Of a stretch of DNA of 64,000 nt, positions 30,087 through 39,146 are shown piece by piece (the first letter of the stretch is position 1; each line of letters opens with the position of its first letter). Under the pieces are notes generated by a model, which saw nothing but the letters and a program-made list of their open reading frames with translations, was not told where the DNA came from and did not search any database. This DNA is from Candidatus Methanoperedenaceae archaeon (GTDB taxonomy: Archaea > Halobacteriota > Methanosarcinia > Methanosarcinales > Methanoperedenaceae). Made by a program: the position numbers and the translations under genes. Location: assembly GCA_963753595.1 (NCBI GenBank), contig CAVWCX010000001.1, positions 96,001 to 160,000 of the forward strand. The letters are read 5' to 3'.

Positions 30087-31790
30087 TTAAACCGGTAGTT
30101 TTATTTTGAATGTAGTGCCATGATTTACTTCACTTTTCACTTCAATTGATCCATTGTGGCGTTTGATAATTCCATAGCAGATAGAGAGACCAAGACCAGT
30201 CCCATTGCTCCGCTCCTTTGTTGTGAAGAATGGATCAAATATTTTATCAAGTTTTTCCTCTGGTATGCCGCAGCCGTTATCTGATATGCTGATTTCTACA
30301 TGTTTCGGGTTTGCTGTGGTTTTAATGATTATTTCTCCATTTTCTGTAATTGATTGAATTGAATTTGTGAGCAGATTCATTATAACCTGTTGAATCCTGA
30401 CGCTGTCACCAACGATAAGAGGAAGAGGCTCAAAAAAGGTATTGACTTTTATATCTTTTACTTGAGGATTCATGATTCCAAGTACTTTACTTATCTCATT
30501 ATTTATATCAATATTACATAGTTTCAGATCTGAATTCCTTGCAAAATCAAGCAGGTCTTTCACAATATTTGCGGCCCTGTTTGCTTCATCATCGATTATT
30601 ATGAGTTTATTCTTTATTTTATCATCATCTGTCTTTTTTATCAGCATCTGGGCATAAAGGGAGATATTCCCAAGTGGATTATTTAGCTCATGGGCCACAC
30701 CTGAAGCAAGCGTGCCTATTGTTGCGAGTTTGTCGGATTGCAGAAATTGTTTTTGAAGGTTCTCCATTTCCTTCTGCATGCTTATATCCCTGATAATTCC
30801 AACCATGGCTATTGGCTCACCTTTGTAATCTTTAACCATATATACATTTAACCATATCGGAAATTTTCGATTATCTTTGTGCTTGGCCGTGATTTCCCCG
30901 GTCCAATTCCTTTTCTCTTTTATACAAGGGATTATCACTTTGCTGCCAAACTCCTGATCTGCAATAATTTCCTTGAAATGCCTTCCCTTGAACTCATCGG
31001 GAGAAACTCCGAACATATTCTCCATTGCTTTGTTGGAGTAGATGATAAGGCCGTTCATATCAGTGATTTGAACCCCGTCCGGAGCTTCTTCCACCGCAGT
31101 CGAGAGCTTCCGAAGCTCGCTTATATTTTTATTTAAGTCGTATGACATCTGGTTAAAAGCTTTTGAAAGAGTATGGATATCGTCATCAGTCGAATCGAGT
31201 TCTATTTTATATTCGAAATTCCCCCGGCCTATTTCTTCGGCCCCTTTTACAAGTGCCCGTATCGGTGCTGCAAAATAATTTCCGGCCAGATAAGCCATTA
31301 AAATTCCAAATAAGCCTACTATCAAAATGTTAAATATTATAATATCTATTTGTTTATTTATCGTTTCATTTATGGAGGTTCTATCCATTCCAATATGGGC
31401 AAAACCTTCCCTGCCGCCATAAATTGGAGCTTGGAAATCCATAATATTTCCTGTGCCGGAGCTGCTGTTACAATCGATATCAGTAACCAGGAAATCGTTT
31501 GAGTATATATGTCCTATTACATTATGAGAGGCATCGGTTAAATATACACATTTTACTTCACTATCTGCATTTATAATGTTCTTAGCAAGCTGGCTGAAGT
31601 TGGCATTACCCTCATTCGGTAAGCTCCCGCCAGCTTCTTCTGCAAGATGTTTTACAAGAAAATTTCCCCTCCCATTAAGTTCTTCGGATAATGTAGTTTC
31701 CATGTTAGACTGCATAAAGAAGATGGTCAGAATATCAATGAACACTATAATAGCAACTGTCCAGAGGATAAATTTCTTAGTTATTTCCAT
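30087..31790 (-). CDS. membrane sensor histidine kinase (HAMP-PAS-HisKA-HATPase, NtrB-like)
   Basis: Two TM segments; [10 protein letters not shown]; [10 protein letters not shown]; DNGCGI; FDPFFTTK; GTGLGL. Confidence 0.93.
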   Translation of the reverse strand: MEITKKFILWTVAIIVFIDILTIFFMQSNMETTLSEELNGRGNFLVKHLAEEAGGSLPNEGNANFSQLAKNIINADSEVKCVYLTDASHNVIGHIYSNDFLVTDIDCNSSSGTGNIMDFQAPIYGGREGFAHIGMDRTSINETINKQIDIIIFNILIVGLFGILMAYLAGNYFAAPIRALVKGAEEIGRGNFEYKIELDSTDDDIHTLSKAFNQMSYDLNKNISELRKLSTAVEEAPDGVQITDMNGLIIYSNKAMENMFGVSPDEFKGRHFKEIIADQEFGSKVIIPCIKEKRNWTGEITAKHKDNRKFPIWLNVYMVKDYKGEPIAMVGIIRDISMQKEMENLQKQFLQSDKLATIGTLASGVAHELNNPLGNISLYAQMLIKKTDDDKIKNKLIIIDDEANRAANIVKDLLDFARNSDLKLCNIDINNEISKVLGIMNPQVKDIKVNTFFEPLPLIVGDSVRIQQVIMNLLTNSIQSITENGEIIIKTTANPKHVEISISDNGCGIPEEKLDKIFDPFFTTKERSNGTGLGLSICYGIIKRHNGSIEVKSEVNHGTTFKIKLPV

Positions 31791-31966
31791 ACTTATGATT
31801 TTATCTGTTTATCTTTAAGAGTCATACAATTCATTACATATTATTTTTTCTAATTAAAAGTATCGGTTAGTTTATCCATAATATCTGATATAAAATTTAA
31901 TACAATTATTGATATAAACATAAAAGGGAACAAGGGAACAAAAAGTGAAAAAAAATTTTAAAGATA

Positions 31967-31998
31967 GGATGTGAGTTATCGTTACGGATGTCACATCC
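31967..31998. promoter_or_regulatory. inverted repeat GGATGTGA-N16-TCACATCC in the divergent intergenic region
   Basis: Perfect 8-bp arms between the kinase gene and subunit B. Confidence 0.5.
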
Positions 31999-32213
31999 AA
32001 GAACTCTATAAGAATCTAACAGTATAAAAACATTTTTTGAAGTAAAGTTATAATTAAACCCGATTTATTGAAAATAAGTTCAATACTCAAATTTAATTGA
32101 ATATTTTTTCAAATAAAGCCCTAATAATTGAAATATTGTCCAAAAAACCATTATATAATCTGAAAATCATTTTAGAAATACCCATTATGGGCTTGGATAG
32201 GTTCGTTTGAAGA

Positions 32214-32248
32214 ATTTCGTATAGGACGAATATTTCGTATAGGACGAA
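32214..32248 (+). repeat. tandem 17-nt direct repeat, each copy a mini-hairpin with ATAGG loop
   Basis: ATTTCGTATAGGACGAA x2 (period 18); stem TTCGT/ACGAA. Confidence 0.75.
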
Positions 32249-32282
32249 CTAGTCTTAAAAAAAATAGGAAGTGAATCAAAAT

Positions 32283-33572
32283 ATGAACGCAAAATTTACT
32301 TTAGCAATAATTGCGTTAGTTGGAATAGGCGTTTTCGCCCTGCCATCAACCATGTCGTTGTTCGCAGGCCAGCACTCGTTCTATAACATTGACGCAACAG
32401 GCAACCAGGTCCCGTGTCAGAAATGTCACGGTGATGTAAAAGCAGAATTAGGATCAAACGCAAATACAAATCCATTAGTTGGACCAATTACAGCAGGACC
32501 GCATGCAGCATTCAAGTGCGAGTACTGCCACAGGATAGAGCAGGGTTCAGCAAGCGGTGATAATGCATTCGGGCGCCTTTTTTACTATAATGGGCCTGAT
32601 GGGACTGGTGTAAGAGTTAGATCTGCAATATTAACAGTCGCTGATTTTGAAGCAGGTAATTATCCTATAGTTATCAACGGCACAGACATCTTTGATAGCA
32701 AAGGTTTAACTCTTGCAGGTGTCACCTTGCAGCATGGAGCCGGCAATATTAGTGCAGTAGATGCTGCGGCTTCAACACCTGAAAATGCAACCCTTTATAT
32801 CGGGCCGAAGTCGAGTTTCAGATTAATGAAAACCTATAGTGAGACCACTGGTTTACCATTGGACGGAAATTCATTGACAGCCCAAGGCGGATTAAATCTA
32901 ATAAACGCTACTGTTTCTCCGTCTGGCACTGTCGGTTTATTCGGTGCTGGTTCCAAATCAGTCAACCCTGGCAGCAATTACCATGCGGCATCACTTGTTT
33001 CCTGTATGGAATGCCATGGTGGAGAAGAACCCATGTCACACTGGAGACGTGTCGATGCTGGACCAACACCATGTAATAACTGTCACTATGGTGGTGGTGA
33101 TGCTCCCTTGGCATTCGCAAACAAGATGACTACATTGGAGGCAGGAGGCTTCAACCTTACTGGCAAAGCAGATGACACTGGCGAAAATGAAGCCCATAAT
33201 GCATGGGTGAAGGCCGATGATGGATTAAACAGATTCGGTGGACCGAATGGTAAAGCAAATAACGGTGCATGTATTGGATGTCATACACACGTGGCAGTGG
33301 ACATTTCATTCAATAAGGGCTACAAGCTCGCATTCACTGCAACCGAGAGCGCAACCGGTACTTATAGCGTTTCCGATACAAAAGTTGAGGGAACAGTCCA
33401 CGTTGACATATACGGTAACGGCTCTGGCGCGACCTTCGGTGTAGGCGACATGTCCTATACCTGGACACCAACACAAACTATGTATATTAGTGATGGTACC
33501 AGCAATACAACGGTTGTTCCAGCTCTAACTGGAGAATCAAGCGATTCCTACGCTGCATTGACAACCCCGTAA
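32283..33572 (+). CDS. pentaheme cytochrome c, putative major nanowire subunit B
   Basis: N- and C-termini near-identical to 27922; CQKCH, CEYCH, CMECH, CNNCH, CIGCH. Confidence 0.9.
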   Translation: MNAKFTLAIIALVGIGVFALPSTMSLFAGQHSFYNIDATGNQVPCQKCHGDVKAELGSNANTNPLVGPITAGPHAAFKCEYCHRIEQGSASGDNAFGRLFYYNGPDGTGVRVRSAILTVADFEAGNYPIVINGTDIFDSKGLTLAGVTLQHGAGNISAVDAAASTPENATLYIGPKSSFRLMKTYSETTGLPLDGNSLTAQGGLNLINATVSPSGTVGLFGAGSKSVNPGSNYHAASLVSCMECHGGEEPMSHWRRVDAGPTPCNNCHYGGGDAPLAFANKMTTLEAGGFNLTGKADDTGENEAHNAWVKADDGLNRFGGPNGKANNGACIGCHTHVAVDISFNKGYKLAFTATESATGTYSVSDTKVEGTVHVDIYGNGSGATFGVGDMSYTWTPTQTMYISDGTSNTTVVPALTGESSDSYAALTTP

Positions 33573-33574
33573 AT

Positions 33575-33605
33575 GAAATGGGAAATCCCCATTTCTCTTT
33601 TTTTT
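33575..33605 (+). terminator. hairpin + T-tract terminator
   Basis: GAAATGGG-aaatc-CCCATTTC-TCTTTTTTTT, one base different from the element at 29183. Confidence 0.75.
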
Positions 33606-33729
33606 CTTTTTTAATGTTTTCTTGTTCAATGAAAAGTTTTTTGGATTATAATAATTATTGATTAAAGATGTTTTCATTGCGTGTAAACAACTTTATATAC
33701 TTTAGTTACATAAGTAATTTTGTGATGGG

Positions 33730-33966
33730 ATGAAAGTCATAAGGATAGACGATCTTGATAAGATCAGGTTTGATAATATCAAAGCAGAATTTAAAACATG
33801 CTTATCAAAAGAAGCTCAATGTAATGTAGCAGAGATAAGTACGCTAAAGGATTCATCATTCTTGAATCTGTTACTGGAAGTCTGGAAAAATACTGCTCAT
33901 GAAGAAATAGTTGAAAAACTTTCAGACTCAAAAATGTTCAACAATTATAGAAATGGAAAAAAATGA
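33730..33966 (+). CDS. small hypothetical cytoplasmic protein
   Basis: 78 aa; TATA-like TTTATATA at ~33692; ATGA overlap with the next gene. Confidence 0.55.
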   Translation: MKVIRIDDLDKIRFDNIKAEFKTCLSKEAQCNVAEISTLKDSSFLNLLLEVWKNTAHEEIVEKLSDSKMFNNYRNGKK

Positions 33967-34535
33967 ATAAAAACATTAAATTCTTATTTATTATCTTTTT
34001 AATTTTATTCAGTATCGAGCTTGCGAAGGCAGGAGAAATGGATTGGCATAAACCTACCCCATGTTTTGGGTGTCATTTAGAAACCATAAAAGCGGATTAT
34101 GGTAGTCAGGAATGTGGTAATTGCCATGATTATAAGTATAATGTTCCTCTTCTGGAATCTGATCATAATCCAAAGATTTGTACAGCTTGCCATTTTGGGA
34201 ATACCATGGTCAATGCAAGTATGAAAGAGATCTTCCATAATGGGCACAATAATATAGAATGCACAAGATGCCATACAGAGGATAACTTTACAGTAATAAA
34301 GATCAAAAACAATGGATTTGTTTGTGTGTCCTGTCACAGCAATAAAGTACATTCCATCCATGTCAATAAAATCGATAAAATATGCAAAATATGTCATGGT
34401 TCGTGGGCAAATGGAAAAGTATATAATACCAATTCTCCATCATCAAATACGTCTAAAGAATCCGCTCAGTTAGAAAAATTCACAATATTCTATTTCATAA
34501 AATCTTTATTTAATACTATATTTGGAGTGAAATAA
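33963..34535 (+). CDS. exported hexaheme cytochrome c
   Basis: Signal peptide; CFGCH, CGNCH, CTACH, CTRCH, CVSCH, CKICH; amphipathic C-terminal helix. Confidence 0.9.
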   Translation: MNKNIKFLFIIFLILFSIELAKAGEMDWHKPTPCFGCHLETIKADYGSQECGNCHDYKYNVPLLESDHNPKICTACHFGNTMVNASMKEIFHNGHNNIECTRCHTEDNFTVIKIKNNGFVCVSCHSNKVHSIHVNKIDKICKICHGSWANGKVYNTNSPSSNTSKESAQLEKFTIFYFIKSLFNTIFGVK

Positions 34536-34985
34536 ATGGATAAAAAAAACATAACATATGTAATTATTGCATTGCTGGTTTTATCAATCGCTGGTTACTA
34601 TCTTTATCAGCATGCAACAGATATGGGTCTGGCAAAACCCGCGCTAGTATTGAAAATTTCAACAAATCTGTCCGAAAAAGGAGCTCTACAAATTAATAAT
34701 GTCACATTTGTGCAGTCAAGTGTTCCCGTTTTTTATAAGCGGGCAGACACGATACCCTCTTTTCCGGAAATAGAAGTTAACGCTCGTTTGAATGCGTTAG
34801 ATTCTGCCCCTGCGAGTTTTTGGGCATCAACACCTTATAAAGATGAAGGGCTTTATGATGTAAAGATATATTTCAGGGATGGCAAAGAACCAAAGAAAGG
34901 AGATATCCTTATTTTGCCGATAAGGATCATTGGCAGTACAGCTGTTGTAATGTATAAAACCACAGCTTTTTATGAGTGGGAGTGA
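34536..34985 (+). CDS. small membrane-anchored beta-rich protein (paralog of 16303)
   Basis: N-terminal TM; motifs shared with 16303; terminal WE. Confidence 0.75.
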   Translation: MDKKNITYVIIALLVLSIAGYYLYQHATDMGLAKPALVLKISTNLSEKGALQINNVTFVQSSVPVFYKRADTIPSFPEIEVNARLNALDSAPASFWASTPYKDEGLYDVKIYFRDGKEPKKGDILILPIRIIGSTAVVMYKTTAFYEWE

Positions 34986-34986
34986 T

Positions 34987-35946
34987 ATGAAATTGGTGTG
35001 GGTATTTCTGGTATTAGCAGGGATTTCAATATGGCTTATCCCCAATACCCTATCCCTTTTTAGCGGCGGGCATAGCTTCTATAATATTGACCCTGTCGGC
35101 TCCCAGGTTCCATGCAGTAAATGCCATGGTGATATAGACATGCAAATACATACTGGTTTTATACATAACAACTTCACGTGTTCCGATTGCCATCGTGTCC
35201 AAAAAGGTGTTCAATTCGCAAGCGGCGACAATGCTTATGAAAGGTTGATTTATATAAATGTAACAGGACCATCGAGTGTAAGGAACAGGGTTCTTGCGAC
35301 CACGATCCAGAACTACCAGAGAGGAAATTTTCCAAAATCAATCTCAGGCGAGATCACGATCGACCAATGGGCAGCCTCTGGCAACGATGAAGCGCAATTC
35401 CGTGATGAAAACGGACTATATATGGGAAATATGACCCCAGGGGAAGCTGGCATAATATATAATTATGAAAAAGAGAATGAGATTTCAACATATATCAACG
35501 GTGTCTCAAAAGACACAGACCCAACCACCTCGAATTCGGCTCTTGCTACCAGAAAAATCAATGTGAATCCATATCCATCCGGTTCTGATAATCTCACAGG
35601 CGCAGGATCAAAAGTAATAACTTCAGGTACACTGGCCCACGCATCTTCCACTGTCCTGTGTGCAGAATGCCATTCAGAGTACATTAACAATACGCCGGAT
35701 ACCATACATGAAGCTTTCATCAGGTACGGTATGGAACATAATACCAATGACAATTGTATCGCATGCCATACTTCAACCGCAGTGTCGATAAACTGGACGC
35801 GTCCGAGCACCATAGCTTTTGAAACCAGTTCTGATGGCAACAATATTACAATTAATAAAAACTTCCAGGCGAATCCAGTAAAAATAGAGACCTTTGGAAC
35901 CCAATCCGGTGATGTTTTTGCAATCTCCAATGTTACGATAGATTGA
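34987..35946 (+). CDS. tetraheme cytochrome c, nanowire-subunit-like, with central insertion
   Basis: PNTLSLFSGGHSFYNID..G.QVPC; CSKCH, CSDCH, CAECH, CIACH; SGDNA and GAGSK insertion borders as in the pentaheme paralogs. Confidence 0.88.
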   Translation: MKLVWVFLVLAGISIWLIPNTLSLFSGGHSFYNIDPVGSQVPCSKCHGDIDMQIHTGFIHNNFTCSDCHRVQKGVQFASGDNAYERLIYINVTGPSSVRNRVLATTIQNYQRGNFPKSISGEITIDQWAASGNDEAQFRDENGLYMGNMTPGEAGIIYNYEKENEISTYINGVSKDTDPTTSNSALATRKINVNPYPSGSDNLTGAGSKVITSGTLAHASSTVLCAECHSEYINNTPDTIHEAFIRYGMEHNTNDNCIACHTSTAVSINWTRPSTIAFETSSDGNNITINKNFQANPVKIETFGTQSGDVFAISNVTID

Positions 35947-36044
35947 GATAATTTATCATTATAATCATTATAAACATTATTATATACATGGAAACAAATA
36001 TAAACTATTTAAACATAACAGACCAATTATCAATCTGAGACTAT

Positions 36045-37520
36045 ATGAGACGTGTAATTATTCCCGTTTTGATTCTACTGCTTTTTTCACCGTTAGTATC
36101 AGCCCAGGGTGAATTCCTTTTTGATCTTGCAACCAAAGGCCAAAGTGACGGCACTTATGTAAAGCACTGGTCTGCTGCATACCCTCCTGACCCGAAGGCA
36201 GATATAATCGTTTATTCAGAAGCTAAGAACATGGCATATAAACGATTGTCTGCCCTGGGTTTTGTTTATGCGGTCTATGATCCTATGGAAAATATCGTGG
36301 CGGTAGAAAAAATAAGTTCCTTCAAAAGAAGTTATGATCCTAATATCGTTTATTATACCCTGCATCCTAAAACCGATTGGATAGAAGGGAACTACAAGAT
36401 CAAGATCGTTGTATTCGATATGGTTGATCGTGAGGCATATGATGAAAATGTTTCAAGTGACCCATTTGCCATCGGCATTAATCCGGAGATGTATAAGATA
36501 TTTTACGATACTGGTGCAAATGCAAAAGATCTGGGTGTCCTTCGTGATCTTGGCGACCCGGTGGCACGGGCGGTATTGAATTTTAAGATAGACAAACAAG
36601 TTTCTATATATCCTCCTGACCGGCTTCTCCTTCATGATGTCAGGTTCGTTGATGATAGCACTGACCGCATATTAGGAGAGAAACTCCTGATCGAAGTCAA
36701 GATGGATAATAATTATAAAGATGATGGTCAGATCAAGCTTGCTATGCTGGTGGATAATAGTCTTGTATCTACAAAAGACGTTATGGTAAAAGGGCTAAGT
36801 AATTCCACAGTCATCTTTGAAGCTAAAGCAGGAAAACTGGGAACTTTCAAATTACATTTCGGAGCTGACACAAATGATGTGAAATACAGGAATGCGGAAT
36901 TGACGTTCACCATTAAGAATGAGACCGAATCCACCAGGCTTGAACTTCCAAAAATAACAATAACAGGAATGAATGTTAATAAAGAGTTTGCCGGAGTAGG
37001 TGAGAATGTGATCGTATCGGTGAACCTGATAAATAATGGTAAGACCGGGAACAAGACCATAACTGTTTATTCTAACAGGGAACCGATCGGTTCGTCTGAA
37101 GTCCAGTTGCCATATCTTGAAGAAAAGTCTATTGAAATACCCGTAACTTTGAAAAATACAGGGATTAACAAAATAACAGTATCTGACGCCCCTGCACTTT
37201 TCAGGAACGTATTTGTAGGGGATGCCGAAGCTTCGGCAACAGGACAAAGTACTATCCTTACTAAAGTGAAGGAAAACAGTTTAAAAGTATCTATGGTGTT
37301 TGTGTTCATTGTGTTTGCTGGAATGCTGTTCTATGTGAGAAATAAGTTAAAAGAAGAAAATCCTGTTAATGCCACATCAATGGGAATTCCAGATAAGCCC
37401 GAAGAAAATAAGATATCTGATCTTAAAATCAAACTTGCCAATAATGTTGATAAATTCAGAAGTAAGATAAAATTCAGCAGTAAGATAAAAGAAATCTTTA
37501 AGAAAAAACCACGCGGCTGA
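36045..37520 (+). CDS. membrane-anchored Ig/CARDB-like domain protein
   Basis: Signal peptide, beta-sandwich domains, TM helix near the C-terminus and a basic tail; paralog of 23083. Confidence 0.75.
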   Translation: MRRVIIPVLILLLFSPLVSAQGEFLFDLATKGQSDGTYVKHWSAAYPPDPKADIIVYSEAKNMAYKRLSALGFVYAVYDPMENIVAVEKISSFKRSYDPNIVYYTLHPKTDWIEGNYKIKIVVFDMVDREAYDENVSSDPFAIGINPEMYKIFYDTGANAKDLGVLRDLGDPVARAVLNFKIDKQVSIYPPDRLLLHDVRFVDDSTDRILGEKLLIEVKMDNNYKDDGQIKLAMLVDNSLVSTKDVMVKGLSNSTVIFEAKAGKLGTFKLHFGADTNDVKYRNAELTFTIKNETESTRLELPKITITGMNVNKEFAGVGENVIVSVNLINNGKTGNKTITVYSNREPIGSSEVQLPYLEEKSIEIPVTLKNTGINKITVSDAPALFRNVFVGDAEASATGQSTILTKVKENSLKVSMVFVFIVFAGMLFYVRNKLKEENPVNATSMGIPDKPEENKISDLKIKLANNVDKFRSKIKFSSKIKEIFKKKPRG

Positions 37521-37525
37521 TTTAA

Positions 37526-38212
37526 ATGAAAGAAGTAGAATACACAGTACCGTTGCTTGTTTCGGGGATTCTTACATTGGTACTTTTAGGCTTTTACCTT
37601 TATAAATCTGAAAATTCTGTTTTTATGCGTCTTATTTCTTCATATTATATGAAAAACAGATACAGCAAAGCTATAATTCAAAAAGATACACGGGGAGAAG
37701 ATATTGTATTGTTAATTATCTTAATAATTCTTATATCTGGATTTGGTTTTAAACTTATTGGATTTGTAGCGGTCATATCGGATTCTATGAAGCCTGAATT
37801 CCAAAGAGGTGATCTTGTAATGATACAATCGATATCTAAAGATCCTCAAATTGGAGATATAATAACATTTAAGGCAGCCAATGTTCCAACCCCTGTGACT
37901 CACAGGGTCACCGGTGTTCAAAGTAATATTGTGGCTACCAAAGGGGATAATAATCCTCTTCCTGATGATTATGGAACAACAAAAAATGATGTTATTTCAA
38001 AAACTGTTGTTATAGGAGGCCATCCTGTCGTACTAAAAGGTCTTGGATCTCTTTTCATTCTGGATTTTTCTAAAGAAGGTAAACTAAGCAGATTCGGCGA
38101 CCAGTATGAATTCTTCCAGAATCTCTTCATGACTATAAGAACATGGGGCTATGTCATAACAATAATTGCTTTTTGTGCTTTAATATTGTCTATGTTTGGG
38201 AATAAAAGATGA
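37526..38212 (+). CDS. signal peptidase I, S26 SipW/Sec11 (Ser-His) type
   Basis: SDSMKP, GDIITF, VTHRV, TKGDNN..DD. Confidence 0.9.
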   Translation: MKEVEYTVPLLVSGILTLVLLGFYLYKSENSVFMRLISSYYMKNRYSKAIIQKDTRGEDIVLLIILIILISGFGFKLIGFVAVISDSMKPEFQRGDLVMIQSISKDPQIGDIITFKAANVPTPVTHRVTGVQSNIVATKGDNNPLPDDYGTTKNDVISKTVVIGGHPVVLKGLGSLFILDFSKEGKLSRFGDQYEFFQNLFMTIRTWGYVITIIAFCALILSMFGNKR

Positions 38213-39093
38213 ATAAAAACATATATATAATAATTATTTTTGTAGTCATTGTGACCACTTTGATTCAAACTTTTTCTTTTGTCAGCAGCGATCATCAGAT
38301 CAATCCTCCAGTACAGGACAAATGCATACAATGCCATGGAGATGTAAATACGCAATTATCCAAATCAACCCAACATTCTTCGTTCTCCTGTATAAGCTGC
38401 CATCCCAAATCAGTAATAAACCATACTAATAAGCAACCGGAATGTGAATACTGTCATGATACGCTTCAAATGAGCGATACATTTGAAGCACATTCTGATT
38501 TTGTATCTTTAAGGTCAGAAGGGTGTATAGCCTGTCATACGAACTATAATGTCATTATAAATTATTCCAGACCTGAATTCATATCATATACAATTACAAA
38601 TAATTCAGGAAATTGGGTCATCTCCAATTTCGCAACCAGTGGCATGTTGAACTTATCTTACAACGCTCTTAAGCAAGGGGGGAACCATAATATAAAAAAT
38701 GTATCCTGCAAAGACTGCCATAAAGATATTTTCGATGCAGTTTCTATGAGAGGTCATGCAGTAATTTCCGGAAAAGAAGAAAACCAGGCGCCTTATCATA
38801 ATACCAGCAACTCGACAAGCAACGAAGAATGGTGTCTTACCTGCCATAGCCCGAAAGATAATAAATTCCCAAATCAGCAGCATTCAGCACGCAGAACGAC
38901 TTGCGAAGAATGCCATGAAGCATATAATTTATCCGCCCATCCAGGAAATATCTATACCAATATCAAAACTGTTCCTCGTTTATACCGAAGCCTGGTGTGC
39001 ATATCATGTAAATCTGTAGGGTGGCAGGTACCTAACACTACATTGAAGTTCAAAGTACATCAAGAGCCATATTTCGATGTAACGATGTCGTGA
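38209..39093 (+). CDS. octaheme cytochrome c: two fused tetraheme modules, last site CxxCK
   Basis: 7 CxxCH plus CISCK; IQTFSFVSSDH leader; internal module start GGNHNI. Confidence 0.9.
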   Translation: MNKNIYIIIIFVVIVTTLIQTFSFVSSDHQINPPVQDKCIQCHGDVNTQLSKSTQHSSFSCISCHPKSVINHTNKQPECEYCHDTLQMSDTFEAHSDFVSLRSEGCIACHTNYNVIINYSRPEFISYTITNNSGNWVISNFATSGMLNLSYNALKQGGNHNIKNVSCKDCHKDIFDAVSMRGHAVISGKEENQAPYHNTSNSTSNEEWCLTCHSPKDNKFPNQQHSARRTTCEECHEAYNLSAHPGNIYTNIKTVPRLYRSLVCISCKSVGWQVPNTTLKFKVHQEPYFDVTMS

Positions 39094-39146
39094 TCAAATG
39101 TTCAACTTCATACCCCCTCGATAATATCCTTAGTATTTAAGAAAAA

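Noticed and set aside
32214-32248. Short palindromic direct repeat as a mini-CRISPR
   Set aside because: Only two 17-nt copies separated by 1 nt; no spacer and no cas genes.
38209-39093. Calling the CxxCK proteins NrfA or octaheme nitrite reductase
   Set aside because: CxxCK is the last rather than an early site, the spacing follows the tetraheme module, and no NrfA-like helical C-terminal region is present.
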